Of a stretch of DNA of 64,000 nucleotides, positions 1 through 9,950 are shown piece after piece. Position numbers and translations under genes: made by a program. Below the pieces are notes generated by a model. That model had not been told where the DNA came from. It worked only from the letters and a program-made list of their open reading frames with translations, and made no database searches. The DNA is from Minisyncoccota bacterium (GTDB taxonomy: Bacteria; Patescibacteriota; Microgenomatia; UBA1400; UBA12028): assembly GCA_016211945.1 (NCBI GenBank), contig JACRHV010000003.1, forward strand, positions 69,631 to 133,630. The letters are read 5' to 3'. The stretch's first letter is position 1, and each line of letters opens with the position of its first letter.

Positions 1-491
1 TCAAGAAAATGTTTTAACCCATTCGTCGCTTTATTCATTGCCTCGACCGCCGGCATCTCATTTTTCTTCGTCTCCCCACTCGTTGGCTGCACCCAAATCT
101 GTACGCCATATATGGTACCGAGATATATGGGTTCACCCATTGCGAGTGACCCATCTCCGTTTGTTACGTATTGCGCGAACCATTTGTACAGTGGAACTTC
201 ACGTGTTTGTGGAAAAAGATCGCTAAAATCATCGACCCCTTTATATTGAGCATTGCTTAAAAATTCTATAAGCGATGCGAGCATCATTGCTTTCCGCGTA
301 CTACTTGAGCAGAAAATGAGTGCTTTAGGTGGTTTTTTGTCGCCCCAAAACTCATCTTTTGCGCCGGCTTCTTCAGTCAGTTGGAGTAGTGCCTCATCAT
401 TTCCCTCAATTCCCACGTAATACTTCAAATATGTGGCAAGCGCTCCCCGCCCATCTAAACTTGGATCTATTTCTAATGGTTTTTTTGACAT
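1..491 (-). CDS. hypothetical protein, partial (start codon at 489..491 on minus strand; 3' end runs off window start)
   Basis: Minus-strand frame is open from ATG at 491 to position 1 with no stop (MSKKPLEIDPSLDGRGALATYLKYY...). Not in ORF track because it has no stop inside the window. No recognisable motif. Confidence 0.35.
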   Translation of the reverse strand, partial: MSKKPLEIDPSLDGRGALATYLKYYVGIEGNDEALLQLTEEAGAKDEFWGDKKPPKALIFCSSSTRKAMMLASLIEFLSNAQYKGVDDFSDLFPQTREVPLYKWFAQYVTNGDGSLAMGEPIYLGTIYGVQIWVQPTSGETKKNEMPAVEAMNKATNGLKHFL

Positions 492-665
492 AGGAGTAAT
501 GCGTATCTGTGCTTTATGTATCAAACTTTATCGTTCATTTTTTTTCGTATCAACCCCCACTTTCTGTATCAAAACACTACATCTAGTGTTTCTTTGTCGA
601 GCGAAACACTAAATCTAGAAAATTCCTGAAGTTTTTGCGGGAATAGATTGAATAATCAAAGTAAC

Positions 666-2294
666 TTATGCGGGATCCTGGGTATACTCAAGACCTTTAC
701 GAATCGACTCCTCTGCCTTCTGCAGTTCAAGTCCTACATACATCATGTGACCCGGTTCGAGCATATAGTTCCAGTCGGTAATCTGCCATGCAACTTCCTG
801 TGCGGTTCTTCCCTCAAAAATCTTAATTGCAGGACCACCGTCCGGCTCAAACAATGTTGCACGGATCAATTTTCCATGTTTTTTGGGCATGGTTGGCAGT
901 GTTTTTGCAACTGCGTATGGAATTGACTGCGTTTCATACCGTTGTGAAAACATCGGCCACACATACGCCTCCTCCTCCCGAATCACCTCCACGATCACGT
1001 TGCCCCGCTTGTCGAATCCAAAATGGACGGCTGGAGAATATCCCAACTCAGACTCGTAATGCTCCATCAGTAAGTTGTCCACTAATCCAAAATCGTCTGC
1101 GTACATATGTGCGGAGTGTGTAATCATGGTGAGCGGCCCCATCTCCATTCCTGCAGAGTCGGCGATATCTTTCTGAAGCTTGCGCAATGCGAATGTGTTG
1201 CGAGGCCATCCATGTACCATATCCTGTGAACGGAAATGTGCAGTAAAGAAAAATTTATTATCTTGTACCGAGCCAAGCACCATCACTAAACACGGGGTAT
1301 CCCCTTTGTTCACCTCGTTCCAATCGCGCTTGGGATCCATGGTGGTCGCCACCATCTTCTTACTGTCCGGCCGATTTTTTAATAAATCCTTCATTGCAGC
1401 GATCTGATCCACACCCAAGTCCACCCGCATCCGTTTCCCATAGTTATACGCAACTCCCGGAATTTGGCGGCTGGTCAAAATCTCTGCGTAATACGCCTCC
1501 AGTTCCACCCGAGTAAACGGTAGATATTCCGGAAAATAAATGTCGTCGGGATTTTCATCCGTGATCACCGCAGTTAAGTTCAAAATTTCTTTGAGTGAGT
1601 TGTCTTTGCTGTACCGCGTGTGTTTTGGTCGGCCATATTTCTGAATTTCATTGAGTAGTTTCAGCCATGTTTTTGCTACCTTTGGCGCGGAAACACGGAA
1701 GCCTGTTTGTTCGGATGGCATCGTTCGCACCGTCACTTCCGACTGCGGAAACGTCCGTGTTTTTGCTGAGAAAGGTTCCATTGGGGTTGCGCTGAGTTCT
1801 CGAACCTTCTCTACAAAATCTGTTGCTTTCCTCCCGCGCATATCCACCACATCCACAACCTTGCGAAATTCTTCAACCACATCGTTTGACAACTCTTTTT
1901 CAATCTCTCCGCGTGCCGCAACAATTTTTCTTGTCTCTCCCTCGACCCCTTTCATCTTCAGCATCAACAACGAGTGGCCGGAAAGCGACATCTCCGCACC
2001 CCATATCACAATCACGCGAATGTGGGGATTCGCAAAAATATTGCGAATCATTGCATTGATTCCCTGCGCGCTATACAGATTTCCAATCGTGTTGTAGTCC
2101 ACATTTTTGAGTAGCGTTTCTACAACTTGCCGTTCTGTCCACAAACAGCACACCGCAACGTGATGTCGCGGGTTTTTCACTTTAAGAATATCTTTATAAA
2201 AAAGAGGCCAATGAGAGAGATCAATCGAGGTATTTTTGTTCGATGTCTTCACTTGGTTGAGTGATTTCTTTGCTTTTGGCATAGGAACGAGCAT
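666..2294 (-). CDS. thymidylate synthase (ThyA / dCMP-hydroxymethylase fold) family protein with ~250-aa N-terminal extension of unknown function
   Basis: C-terminal third carries ThyA-family signatures: TPCL (catalytic Cys region, PCH in ThyA), FRSQD..G.P.N (QRS.D..LG.PFN in ThyA), HSAHMY (GDAHIY in ThyA). N-terminal ~250 aa has no resemblance to DHFR or ThyA. Confidence 0.6.
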   Translation of the reverse strand: MLVPMPKAKKSLNQVKTSNKNTSIDLSHWPLFYKDILKVKNPRHHVAVCCLWTERQVVETLLKNVDYNTIGNLYSAQGINAMIRNIFANPHIRVIVIWGAEMSLSGHSLLMLKMKGVEGETRKIVAARGEIEKELSNDVVEEFRKVVDVVDMRGRKATDFVEKVRELSATPMEPFSAKTRTFPQSEVTVRTMPSEQTGFRVSAPKVAKTWLKLLNEIQKYGRPKHTRYSKDNSLKEILNLTAVITDENPDDIYFPEYLPFTRVELEAYYAEILTSRQIPGVAYNYGKRMRVDLGVDQIAAMKDLLKNRPDSKKMVATTMDPKRDWNEVNKGDTPCLVMVLGSVQDNKFFFTAHFRSQDMVHGWPRNTFALRKLQKDIADSAGMEMGPLTMITHSAHMYADDFGLVDNLLMEHYESELGYSPAVHFGFDKRGNVIVEVIREEEAYVWPMFSQRYETQSIPYAVAKTLPTMPKKHGKLIRATLFEPDGGPAIKIFEGRTAQEVAWQITDWNYMLEPGHMMYVGLELQKAEESIRKGLEYTQDPA

Positions 2295-2326
2295 ACCCGA
2301 ACACTACATAATGATCAAGTGGATCG

Positions 2327-2881
2327 TTACTCAAAATCTTTCCAGATGCGCGACGGCGTTGGAGGTTCCTGATCCTGATATTTGTTCACCAACTTGGAGT
2401 AGTCCATCTCGACCGGAGAGCTCATCTGCAAGAATGCAAGCTGCGCCACACGCATATCTGCATAGATTTGAATCGGCATATTACTAATGTTGCTCATCTC
2501 AAACGTGAGATATCCAGAAAATCCCGGCTGCACAAAACTCGCGGTTGCGTGAACGATAAGACCGATACGACCTAATGAGGAGCGACCTTCCAACAACCCA
2601 ATAAGATCTGGCGGGAGCGTCACAATTTCCTTTGTAGATCCGAGAATAAACTCACGCGGATGAATCACAATCGATCCATCCTTTTTTGCTTTTACGAGTT
2701 CCGTCACATCAAATTCTTTTTTTACATCAATGTGTGTATGCGCATTGTTGCGGAATACGCGAAAGTTTTCATGCAATCGAAGATCGATCGCCGCAGGGCG
2801 AATTTGTGCGGGATCCAGCGGCTCAATAATAATTTTCTTCTGTTCAATGTACTTGCGAATATCTTTATCTGAAAGAACCAT
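2327..2881 (-). CDS. dcd: dCTP deaminase
   Basis: Start taken at the internal Met (MVLSDKDIRKYIEQ). Motifs IRPAAIDLRL and GRSSLGRIGL.VH.TA.F.QPGFSG are typical of Dcd. Confidence 0.8.
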   Translation of the reverse strand: MVLSDKDIRKYIEQKKIIIEPLDPAQIRPAAIDLRLHENFRVFRNNAHTHIDVKKEFDVTELVKAKKDGSIVIHPREFILGSTKEIVTLPPDLIGLLEGRSSLGRIGLIVHATASFVQPGFSGYLTFEMSNISNMPIQIYADMRVAQLAFLQMSSPVEMDYSKLVNKYQDQEPPTPSRIWKDFE

Positions 2882-2894
2882 AGCGATTATCCTA

Positions 2895-4874
2895 TCATGT
2901 TGTTCCTGGTTTTTTCCAACTCGCAAAATTGCAGGCTGGATACCGAGAACATCCAAAGAAATTGCGTCCACGTTTTGTTCGTTTTATCACAACGTCACCC
3001 TCTCCACAGTCCGGACATTTCATACCGTCCACTTTTTCAACAAGTTTGGCGGTATATTTGCAGTCCGGAAATCGTGCGCAACTGATAAACCGACCAAATC
3101 TTCCCGATCGAATCACAAGTTTTCCTTCTTTGCAGTCCGGACACATCTCACCTGTTTCTTCAACCGGAACTTTCGCACGATCCGCGTCTTTTGTTACCGC
3201 AGCGACGGTTTTCTCAAATGGCTCAAAGAATGATTTGATGACGTTTTTCCATTTTTTCTCACCCCGTGCTATGGAGTCAAGGTCATCCTCCATCTCAGCA
3301 GTGAATTGATAATCCAGTTCTTTCGGAAAATATTTCACAAGGAAATCGGAGACCGTTTCCCCTATGGGAGTTGCCATGAACGCTTTTTCCTTGCGTTCGA
3401 CATATCCGCGATCCAAAATAACACTGATGATACTTGCGTAGGTACTCGGTCTTCCGATACCCAATTTTTCTAGTGTTTTAATAAGTGACGCGTCATTGTA
3501 TCGCGCGGGAGGTTGAGTAAATTTTTGATTCGATTCAACTGTATTTAACTGAAGATTCTCTCCTTCAATAATCGCAGGAAGTATGATGTCCCCTTGATTT
3601 GGAAAGAGTTTCATCCACCCGTCAAACCGCAACACCGATCCCGCAGTCTTTAATGTATACCCATCTTTTTCTACCTGTGCAGTCACGACAAGTGATGTTT
3701 GGTCGTATGTTGCGGACTCCATTTGACTTGCTATGAATCTGCGCCAAATGAGATCATACAGTTTTGCACGTCTTGGATTGCCATCACTCGTATCCTCTAA
3801 AGATCGGAGGCCTGCGTTGGTCACACGAATCGCTTCATGTGCTTCTTGTGCGTTTTTGCTTGAGGTTTTGAAAAGGCGGGGAGTTTGCGGGAGATATGAT
3901 TGGCCATATGTTAAAACAATCAGTGAACGAGCGGCATCAATGGCCTGTGAAGAAAGCGCAACAGAGTCTGTACGGTGGTAGGTGATGTACCCCTCTTCAT
4001 ATAATTCTTGCGCAACACTCATGGTTTGTTTTGCGCTCCATCCCAATCGATTTGCCGCAGACTGTTGGAGCGTTGAGGTGGTAAATGGCGGCAAACTTAC
4101 GCGTGTCCGTTCTGTTTTTTGTACGGATTTCACTGCGTATGTGGCGTGACGAAGCGCTTGAACCGCTACATCAACATCTTGCTGAGTTTTTGGCTCAAAT
4201 ACGTCACTATTTTTCTCAAAAAGACGAACGATGAGGTCTTCTTGTTTTGGTGTGTACAGATGCGCGTCAATTTCCCAATATGCTTCTGGAATAAAAACAT
4301 TAATTTCTTTTTCACGCTCCACAATGAGGCGTAGCGCAACGGACTGTACACGTCCAGCAGAGAGACCGCGACGCACTTTTTTCCACAACACCGGTGAGAG
4401 GTAATATCCCACTAAACGATCAAGTACCCGCCGAGCCTGCTGTGCATCAACAAGTTCCGCACGAACAACCCCTGGGTGTGCGAGAGCATCAAGTACCGCA
4501 TCCTGAGTTATTTCATGAAACGTTGCTCTATCAAAATGTACTGTCGTATCGCTTTTCTTCTTTTTTGCGGTCGCCGTCTTTTCATTTAACAGATATGCAA
4601 GATGCCACGCAATTGCTTCTCCTTCGCGATCGGGATCTGTTGCGAGAATGACTTTCTCCGCAGACTGCGCAAGCTTTTTCAGTTTTGTTACCGTTGTTTT
4701 TTTCCCATCGACAATCTCATATTCCGGTTCAAAATCATGATCGATATCAACACCCAATTTCGCTTTTGGAAGGTCGCGCACATGCCCCATGCTTGCCTCC
4801 ACAATAAAGTCCTTTCCCAAAAATTGAGAAAGTTTTCGTGCTTTGGTTGGAGACTCAACAAGGACTAATTGCAT
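2895..4874 (-). CDS. topA: DNA topoisomerase I
   Basis: N-terminus MQLVLVESPTKARK, TOPRIM DPDREGE and C-terminal C4 zinc ribbons (CPDCKEG...CPDCGEG...). Start set at MQLV rather than the upstream in-frame Met. Confidence 0.9.
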   Translation of the reverse strand: MQLVLVESPTKARKLSQFLGKDFIVEASMGHVRDLPKAKLGVDIDHDFEPEYEIVDGKKTTVTKLKKLAQSAEKVILATDPDREGEAIAWHLAYLLNEKTATAKKKKSDTTVHFDRATFHEITQDAVLDALAHPGVVRAELVDAQQARRVLDRLVGYYLSPVLWKKVRRGLSAGRVQSVALRLIVEREKEINVFIPEAYWEIDAHLYTPKQEDLIVRLFEKNSDVFEPKTQQDVDVAVQALRHATYAVKSVQKTERTRVSLPPFTTSTLQQSAANRLGWSAKQTMSVAQELYEEGYITYHRTDSVALSSQAIDAARSLIVLTYGQSYLPQTPRLFKTSSKNAQEAHEAIRVTNAGLRSLEDTSDGNPRRAKLYDLIWRRFIASQMESATYDQTSLVVTAQVEKDGYTLKTAGSVLRFDGWMKLFPNQGDIILPAIIEGENLQLNTVESNQKFTQPPARYNDASLIKTLEKLGIGRPSTYASIISVILDRGYVERKEKAFMATPIGETVSDFLVKYFPKELDYQFTAEMEDDLDSIARGEKKWKNVIKSFFEPFEKTVAAVTKDADRAKVPVEETGEMCPDCKEGKLVIRSGRFGRFISCARFPDCKYTAKLVEKVDGMKCPDCGEGDVVIKRTKRGRNFFGCSRYPACNFASWKKPGTT

Positions 4875-4887
4875 AGGCCTTAGTGTA

Positions 4888-5766
4888 TCACGTGAGCTGA
4901 AACCGCCCAAACTTCTGTTGTATTTTCCCTTGAATTTCCAGATGTGTAATCTCTTCTTGCATACGAGAAAGCGACATCGTTATGTTTGATTGGAGTTCAG
5001 GAAGCGTTGCGGGGCCGTGGTGCGAAAGATACGATTCTATCTCACTCGTTTGCTGTTTCTGCACTGGTGCCATTGTTTCAATATTCAATGCATCGAGAAC
5101 ATCTTGCGCTGATGTAATAAGCGTTGCGCCTTCATTTACGACACGCTTTATTCCTTCTGTCATCGGACTGGTTGCGGGACCAGAAACCGCAAATACCGGT
5201 CGCCCATACTCCGCGGCCGCGTATGCAGTCAACTGCGTCCCCGATTGTTCACCCGCCTCAATGAGTACAACGGCCAAGCTCATCCCCGCAATGATTCTAT
5301 TTCTATCTCTAAAGTGATATTTTCTTACAATGGTTCCTTGCGAATATTCCGAGTATAGCGCTCCGCCAGACTGCACAATATCTTCCGCAAGGTGGCGATG
5401 TTCAAGCGGCGCAATGACGTCCAGCCCGCAAGGCAAAACAGCAATTGTTTTTCCACCATACTTAAGTGCCGATCGATGCGCTTCACCATCAATCCCCAGT
5501 GCGAGACCGGAAATAATTGTGCAGCCCACAATTACGAGGTCACGCACAATAGTATTTGTCATAAACTTTCCATACGAGGTCATGGTGCGTGTTCCCACAA
5601 CGGCAACTGGAGATGACTGCGCGGAAAGATGATGTCCGCGAACATGTAATACTTTCGGCCGATCAGACAATGGCAATAATAATTGCGGATAGTTTGGATC
5701 GCGCGGTGATATCTGTTGAATTGATGTATACGGATGGAGGATGAGTCCCATCTCGCAAGTGTACAC
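4888..5766 (-). CDS. dprA: DNA processing protein DprA (Smf)
   Basis: Rossmann-like core VAVVGTR..SYG...SGLALGID..AH..ALKYGGKTIAVLPCGLD...RNRIIAG plus C-terminal winged-helix-like tail. Confidence 0.8.
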   Translation of the reverse strand: MYTCEMGLILHPYTSIQQISPRDPNYPQLLLPLSDRPKVLHVRGHHLSAQSSPVAVVGTRTMTSYGKFMTNTIVRDLVIVGCTIISGLALGIDGEAHRSALKYGGKTIAVLPCGLDVIAPLEHRHLAEDIVQSGGALYSEYSQGTIVRKYHFRDRNRIIAGMSLAVVLIEAGEQSGTQLTAYAAAEYGRPVFAVSGPATSPMTEGIKRVVNEGATLITSAQDVLDALNIETMAPVQKQQTSEIESYLSHHGPATLPELQSNITMSLSRMQEEITHLEIQGKIQQKFGRFQLT

Positions 5767-5811
5767 ACCGATTCTTACAATAACCTTACAAAAAGAGAAG
5801 TGCTCAATACC

Positions 5812-6048
5812 TCATGGTGCCTCAGCATAGCCTAATGATTTTCTCGCCCAGTTTAACTCATCTTCTTTAAAAACGGCACGCAAAAGTTTATCAAGTTCTA
5901 ATCCGGATCGGACATACTCATCTACATACATTTTTGCTTGAGATGGCGTATTTTTATTTGCAATAAGCGTGATGTATGCGTTGTACTTCACAACAGCATC
6001 TTTATCACTTTGATCTGGCGGTTTCATTGAAAATTCTGCTTCTGACAT
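5812..6048 (-). CDS. hypothetical small protein (78 aa)
   Basis: ORF only, between dprA and the mrdA-mre operon. No motif recognised. Confidence 0.3.
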   Translation of the reverse strand: MSEAEFSMKPPDQSDKDAVVKYNAYITLIANKNTPSQAKMYVDEYVRSGLELDKLLRAVFKEDELNWARKSLGYAEAP

Positions 6049-6057
6049 ATTTCTGTT

Positions 6058-7662
6058 TTACTTCCCCTCAAACCATCGTGTCAAGAGTTTTTTTGCGATT
6101 GGAGCGGCGTCGCTTGATCCTTCCACAAATTTTTTCTCCTCGTCACCCTCAATAAGTACGGTCATTACGATGGTTGGTCGGTCTGCTGGAGCTATGACGG
6201 TGAACCATCCATGCGTTTTTCTTCTTCCCTTGGCGTCTGCAGGTCCAAACTCAGCTGTACCTGTTTTGCATGCGGTGATTGCAGGTTTTCCATCAAAAAA
6301 AGGAAAGGCTGTTCCTCCGGAGGCGCACGCTGCCTTCATTCCATCCAGGACAATGCGAAGGTGTTCTTCAGAAATTCCAATCTCTTCACATCGGATTTTC
6401 GTATCCTGTTTTATGTGCGGTTCACACCAAACGCCCTTGTTTGCAATCGCAGCAGTCATTTGATTGAGCTGAAGTGGAGTTACAAGAACATCTCCCTGTC
6501 CAATCCCCATGTGATAGGTGTCACCCAAGTACCACTGTTCGCCAATAACTCTTTGTTTCCATTCGGGATCAGGAACGACTCCATCAACCTCCCCGGACAA
6601 CTCAATGTTTGTCGATTTCCCAAAGTGAAATGTTCGCGCAAACGATGCTAATACTTCCGGTCCTATCCATTCCGCAGCTTTATAAAAAAAGATGTCGTTG
6701 CTACGCTGCAGGGCGCGGACAATCCCAATCTCCCCCTCCGTCTTCCCATGTTGGGTAAATAGCCAGTTACGAAAGGTAAACTCTCCTATATCGATTTTTC
6801 CTTCATCTTTCACTGTAGTATCTTTGGTGATAACTCCACGTTTTAGTCCGGCAAGTGCGGTAATAATCTTAAATGTCGATCCGGGAGGATACAGTCCACC
6901 AATCGACCTATTGAGAAATGGAGCGTTTTTGTCCAGTAATGCCGCAGCGATAGCGTGTGGATCATACGACGGACTACTTACCAATGCATATACTTCCCCC
7001 GTACTTGGGTTTGAAGCGATAACACTTCCTTTCCGTCCACCCAATAATTCATATGCATACGCGGAAAATGACGCATCAATGGTGAGATGGATATCCGTTC
7101 CCGGAATAGGGTTTTCTTTGAGTACAGATCGCAAAAGTTTTCCTGTCGCATGCATTTCAAACACCTCTTTGCCTGTTGTACCAACCAATGCATCCTGCAA
7201 TACCTTTTCAAGTCCCGCCTTCCCAACGCTTTCTCCTATATATAACCTAGAGTTCTTCTTTATCTCATCTACCGTAACCTCGCCGATGTATCCCAAAACC
7301 GAGCTTAGTGCGGGACCAAAAGAATACCGTCGTTGCTGATCGATAAAAATGTTCTTTTCGTCACGCGCGAGAAGTGTGATGGCTTCTTCCGAAGTAATTT
7401 CAACAAACATAGGATAGGCAGCGTTCTCTGTTTCCACTGTTGTTTTTTTGTACAACGGAACATTACGGACAAGCATAACGCCGTGCCGGTCATAAAATAT
7501 TCCACGCGGTGCGGGTATATATCGTGTAAATAATCGATTGCGGTCCGCTTGTTCTCGATATTCCTTCCCGGAAATGATCTGTAATTGAATGACACGAACG
7601 AAACCGAGCACCGTGGATATGACGATCAACAGAATGAGCCAATATGTTCGAGAATATTGCAT
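6058..7662 (-). CDS. mrdA: penicillin-binding protein 2 / peptidoglycan D,D-transpeptidase
   Basis: N-terminal TM, transpeptidase motifs STFK (PGSTFKIITALAG), SPSYDP and KTGTAE. Located downstream of mreBCD. Confidence 0.8.
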   Translation of the reverse strand: MQYSRTYWLILLIVISTVLGFVRVIQLQIISGKEYREQADRNRLFTRYIPAPRGIFYDRHGVMLVRNVPLYKKTTVETENAAYPMFVEITSEEAITLLARDEKNIFIDQQRRYSFGPALSSVLGYIGEVTVDEIKKNSRLYIGESVGKAGLEKVLQDALVGTTGKEVFEMHATGKLLRSVLKENPIPGTDIHLTIDASFSAYAYELLGGRKGSVIASNPSTGEVYALVSSPSYDPHAIAAALLDKNAPFLNRSIGGLYPPGSTFKIITALAGLKRGVITKDTTVKDEGKIDIGEFTFRNWLFTQHGKTEGEIGIVRALQRSNDIFFYKAAEWIGPEVLASFARTFHFGKSTNIELSGEVDGVVPDPEWKQRVIGEQWYLGDTYHMGIGQGDVLVTPLQLNQMTAAIANKGVWCEPHIKQDTKIRCEEIGISEEHLRIVLDGMKAACASGGTAFPFFDGKPAITACKTGTAEFGPADAKGRRKTHGWFTVIAPADRPTIVMTVLIEGDEEKKFVEGSSDAAPIAKKLLTRWFEGK

Positions 7663-7667
7663 GGTAT

Positions 7668-8093
7668 TTATTGCACCATAATATCTCTATTTCCGGCGTA
7701 CGACGTCCACATTTTCATTGCGATCCAACCCGTGCAATACACGAAAAATGACATGAGGAGATGACCGCGCAACGGGACAAAAACATATGATGAGAACATA
7801 CCCAACAGAAGATATACGACCACCCGCCATCTACTCCAAACACGAACACCAACCCATACAAAGAAAATCGTTCCATACACCAACGCAGATTGCCCGAATG
7901 CACGGAAAAAAAGAAGGTCATTGATATATGCTGTAAACAAAAATACGACAAAGAATATCCAAGAAGTGTGTTTGTTTTGCGATAACACCCAAATACACGA
8001 CACAAAAAATGCTCCGTACAGTCCGACAATAGACTCAAGAAAAAATCCACACAGCACCGTAAAGTTTATGACAATCCAATCCGTGTATTTCAT
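7668..8093 (-). CDS. mreD: putative rod shape-determining protein MreD (polytopic membrane protein)
   Basis: 141-aa multi-TM protein between mreC and mrdA, the usual mreD position. Assigned on synteny and size only. Confidence 0.45.
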   Translation of the reverse strand: MKYTDWIVINFTVLCGFFLESIVGLYGAFFVSCIWVLSQNKHTSWIFFVVFLFTAYINDLLFFRAFGQSALVYGTIFFVWVGVRVWSRWRVVVYLLLGMFSSYVFVPLRGHLLMSFFVYCTGWIAMKMWTSYAGNRDIMVQ

Positions 8094-8848
8094 CGATCTT
8101 CCTCTCCAATCGGCAGTACTGCCACCGGAAGTCCCTGTTCGGCGTGGATAAACACTTCTATTTCTACAGACTGCGATGTTTCTCCCTGCGTACGAATGAT
8201 TTTTGTTACTTTTCCAATCGGTATATTTGGAAGGATTCCCGTTTCATCACCCCCTGTAACAACTGTTTGTCCATTTTCAATCGGTGTGTTTATATCAATA
8301 TGGTCTACACGCAATCCTTGCTTTCCCAAAGAAAGAACACCGAACGTTCGTGTTCCGCTTAAACGAACTTGTAGTTTTCTTGTAAAATGTTCTATCACTT
8401 CTATCTGGGAGAATTGCATACCCGACTGGATAACAATCCCCAACGCATTTCCCTCTGCAAGGACTAGCGATCCTGGACGTACACCTTGAAGCGTCCCGAG
8501 TGGAATAACAACTCGATCACTTACAATGAGCTGTGTTGGAATGTATCGATCATCAATGTTTTTTGTTTTTTTGTATGCCTCCCACTCTTGCATATCCGTC
8601 TTCCATTGTTCTTTTTCGGCAACAAGTTTTGCATACTGATGTTGAAGTGTTGTGTACTCATCACGCTGTGCCTGCATATCTCGGAGTATTTGCCAAGGTC
8701 TTTCCTCAAGTTGGCGAACCAATGACTGTGTAACCATAAGTGAGGTTATTCCCCGTTCCATCTTTTCTCGAACCGCTTGAAGTATCCCAAATTTTTCTGC
8801 CAAAAGTGTGATTGCCGCGCACATCATGATGATGAAAAAACCACGCAT
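8090..8848 (-). CDS. mreC: rod shape-determining protein MreC
   Basis: N-terminal TM, coiled-coil region, C-terminal beta domain with VVTGGDETGILP..IPIGKV. Start set at the internal Met so it abuts the mreB stop at 8850. Confidence 0.7.
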   Translation of the reverse strand: MRGFFIIMMCAAITLLAEKFGILQAVREKMERGITSLMVTQSLVRQLEERPWQILRDMQAQRDEYTTLQHQYAKLVAEKEQWKTDMQEWEAYKKTKNIDDRYIPTQLIVSDRVVIPLGTLQGVRPGSLVLAEGNALGIVIQSGMQFSQIEVIEHFTRKLQVRLSGTRTFGVLSLGKQGLRVDHIDINTPIENGQTVVTGGDETGILPNIPIGKVTKIIRTQGETSQSVEIEVFIHAEQGLPVAVLPIGEEDR

Positions 8849-8849
8849 A

Positions 8850-9950
8850 CTATCTCCACCGTACACCACGTACGATTCCTGTTTTCTTCAGTAAAAGAGG
8901 ATTTGCAAGAACATCCGCACATCCGCGTACTACAGCCAAATGTGGTTCGTGCGTCACCCACACCGGCATGGTTGTTGCTTCAGCAATGCACTGTTCCAAC
9001 CCACGGAGTTGTGAACTGCCACCGGCCAGTACGATGCCGTGTTTCATAATATCCGACACAAGTTCCGGCGGTGTTTCCTCCAGCGTTTCTGTCACTGCAC
9101 TGATAATCTGCTGGACAATAGGCATGAGTGCTTCCCGAAGCTCCACACTGTTCACTCTGACTGATTTCGGCAGCCCTGATTCCACATCCCGGCCACGAAT
9201 AACATACTGACTTGCATGTTTTTTATCTGTTTTTTCTTCAAACGGCGATGCACTCCCTATCGCAATCTTTGTCTGTTCTGCGGTAGACTCACCAATGAGC
9301 AGTCCATATCGCATTCGCGCAAACGAGATTACCGCTTCGTCAAACTCATCACCTGCCGTACGTAGTGAACGGTTGATCACAATCCCCCCAAGTGAGATGA
9401 TCGCAATCTCTGTTGTTCCCCCACCAATGTCCACGATCATCCGACCCTCTGGATCCTCAACCTTCAATCCTGCACCGATTGCAGCGGCCATAGGTTCCTC
9501 AATCAAATACGCTTGTGTCGCACCGGAACTCAAGGCTGCCGACTGTACTGCGCGACGTTCAACATCTGTCACACCGGATGGAATACCGATAACAACACGA
9601 GGTCTTCTTAAAAAAGAAAATGATGACTCGCCAACCACACGATGAATGTAGTGATCTAACATCGCCTCAGCCGCATCAAAGTCGGCAATCACCCCGTCGC
9701 GGAGCGGGCGCACTGCTTCAATATGCTTTGGTGTTTTCCCCACCATACGTTTTGCTTCCATACCAATCGCCATAATCTCCTTGGTGATGGTGTTCCGAGC
9801 AACAACAGAGGGTTCCTGAATCACAATACCTTTTCCTCGAACATGTATCACGGTATTTGCGGTTCCCAAATCAATACCAATATCCTGAGAAAACACAGAA
9901 AATAACAAGTGTGTCTCAAAAAAACCGGAGAGTAAACTGCTCTTTTGCAT
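8850..9950 (-). CDS. mreB: rod shape-determining protein MreB
   Basis: IGIDLGTANTVIHVRGKGIVIQEPSVVA closely matches the E. coli MreB N-terminus. Actin-like ATPase motifs run throughout. Confidence 0.85.
   Translation of the reverse strand: MQKSSLLSGFFETHLLFSVFSQDIGIDLGTANTVIHVRGKGIVIQEPSVVARNTITKEIMAIGMEAKRMVGKTPKHIEAVRPLRDGVIADFDAAEAMLDHYIHRVVGESSFSFLRRPRVVIGIPSGVTDVERRAVQSAALSSGATQAYLIEEPMAAAIGAGLKVEDPEGRMIVDIGGGTTEIAIISLGGIVINRSLRTAGDEFDEAVISFARMRYGLLIGESTAEQTKIAIGSASPFEEKTDKKHASQYVIRGRDVESGLPKSVRVNSVELREALMPIVQQIISAVTETLEETPPELVSDIMKHGIVLAGGSSQLRGLEQCIAEATTMPVWVTHEPHLAVVRGCADVLANPLLLKKTGIVRGVRWR

Noticed and set aside
666-2294. Bifunctional DHFR-TS (eukaryote-like) as explanation for the long ThyA-like protein
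   Set aside because: The N-terminal 250 aa show none of the DHFR motifs (N-terminal I-A-A..N-G-I-G...L-P-W, GRKT-W-E-S-I).
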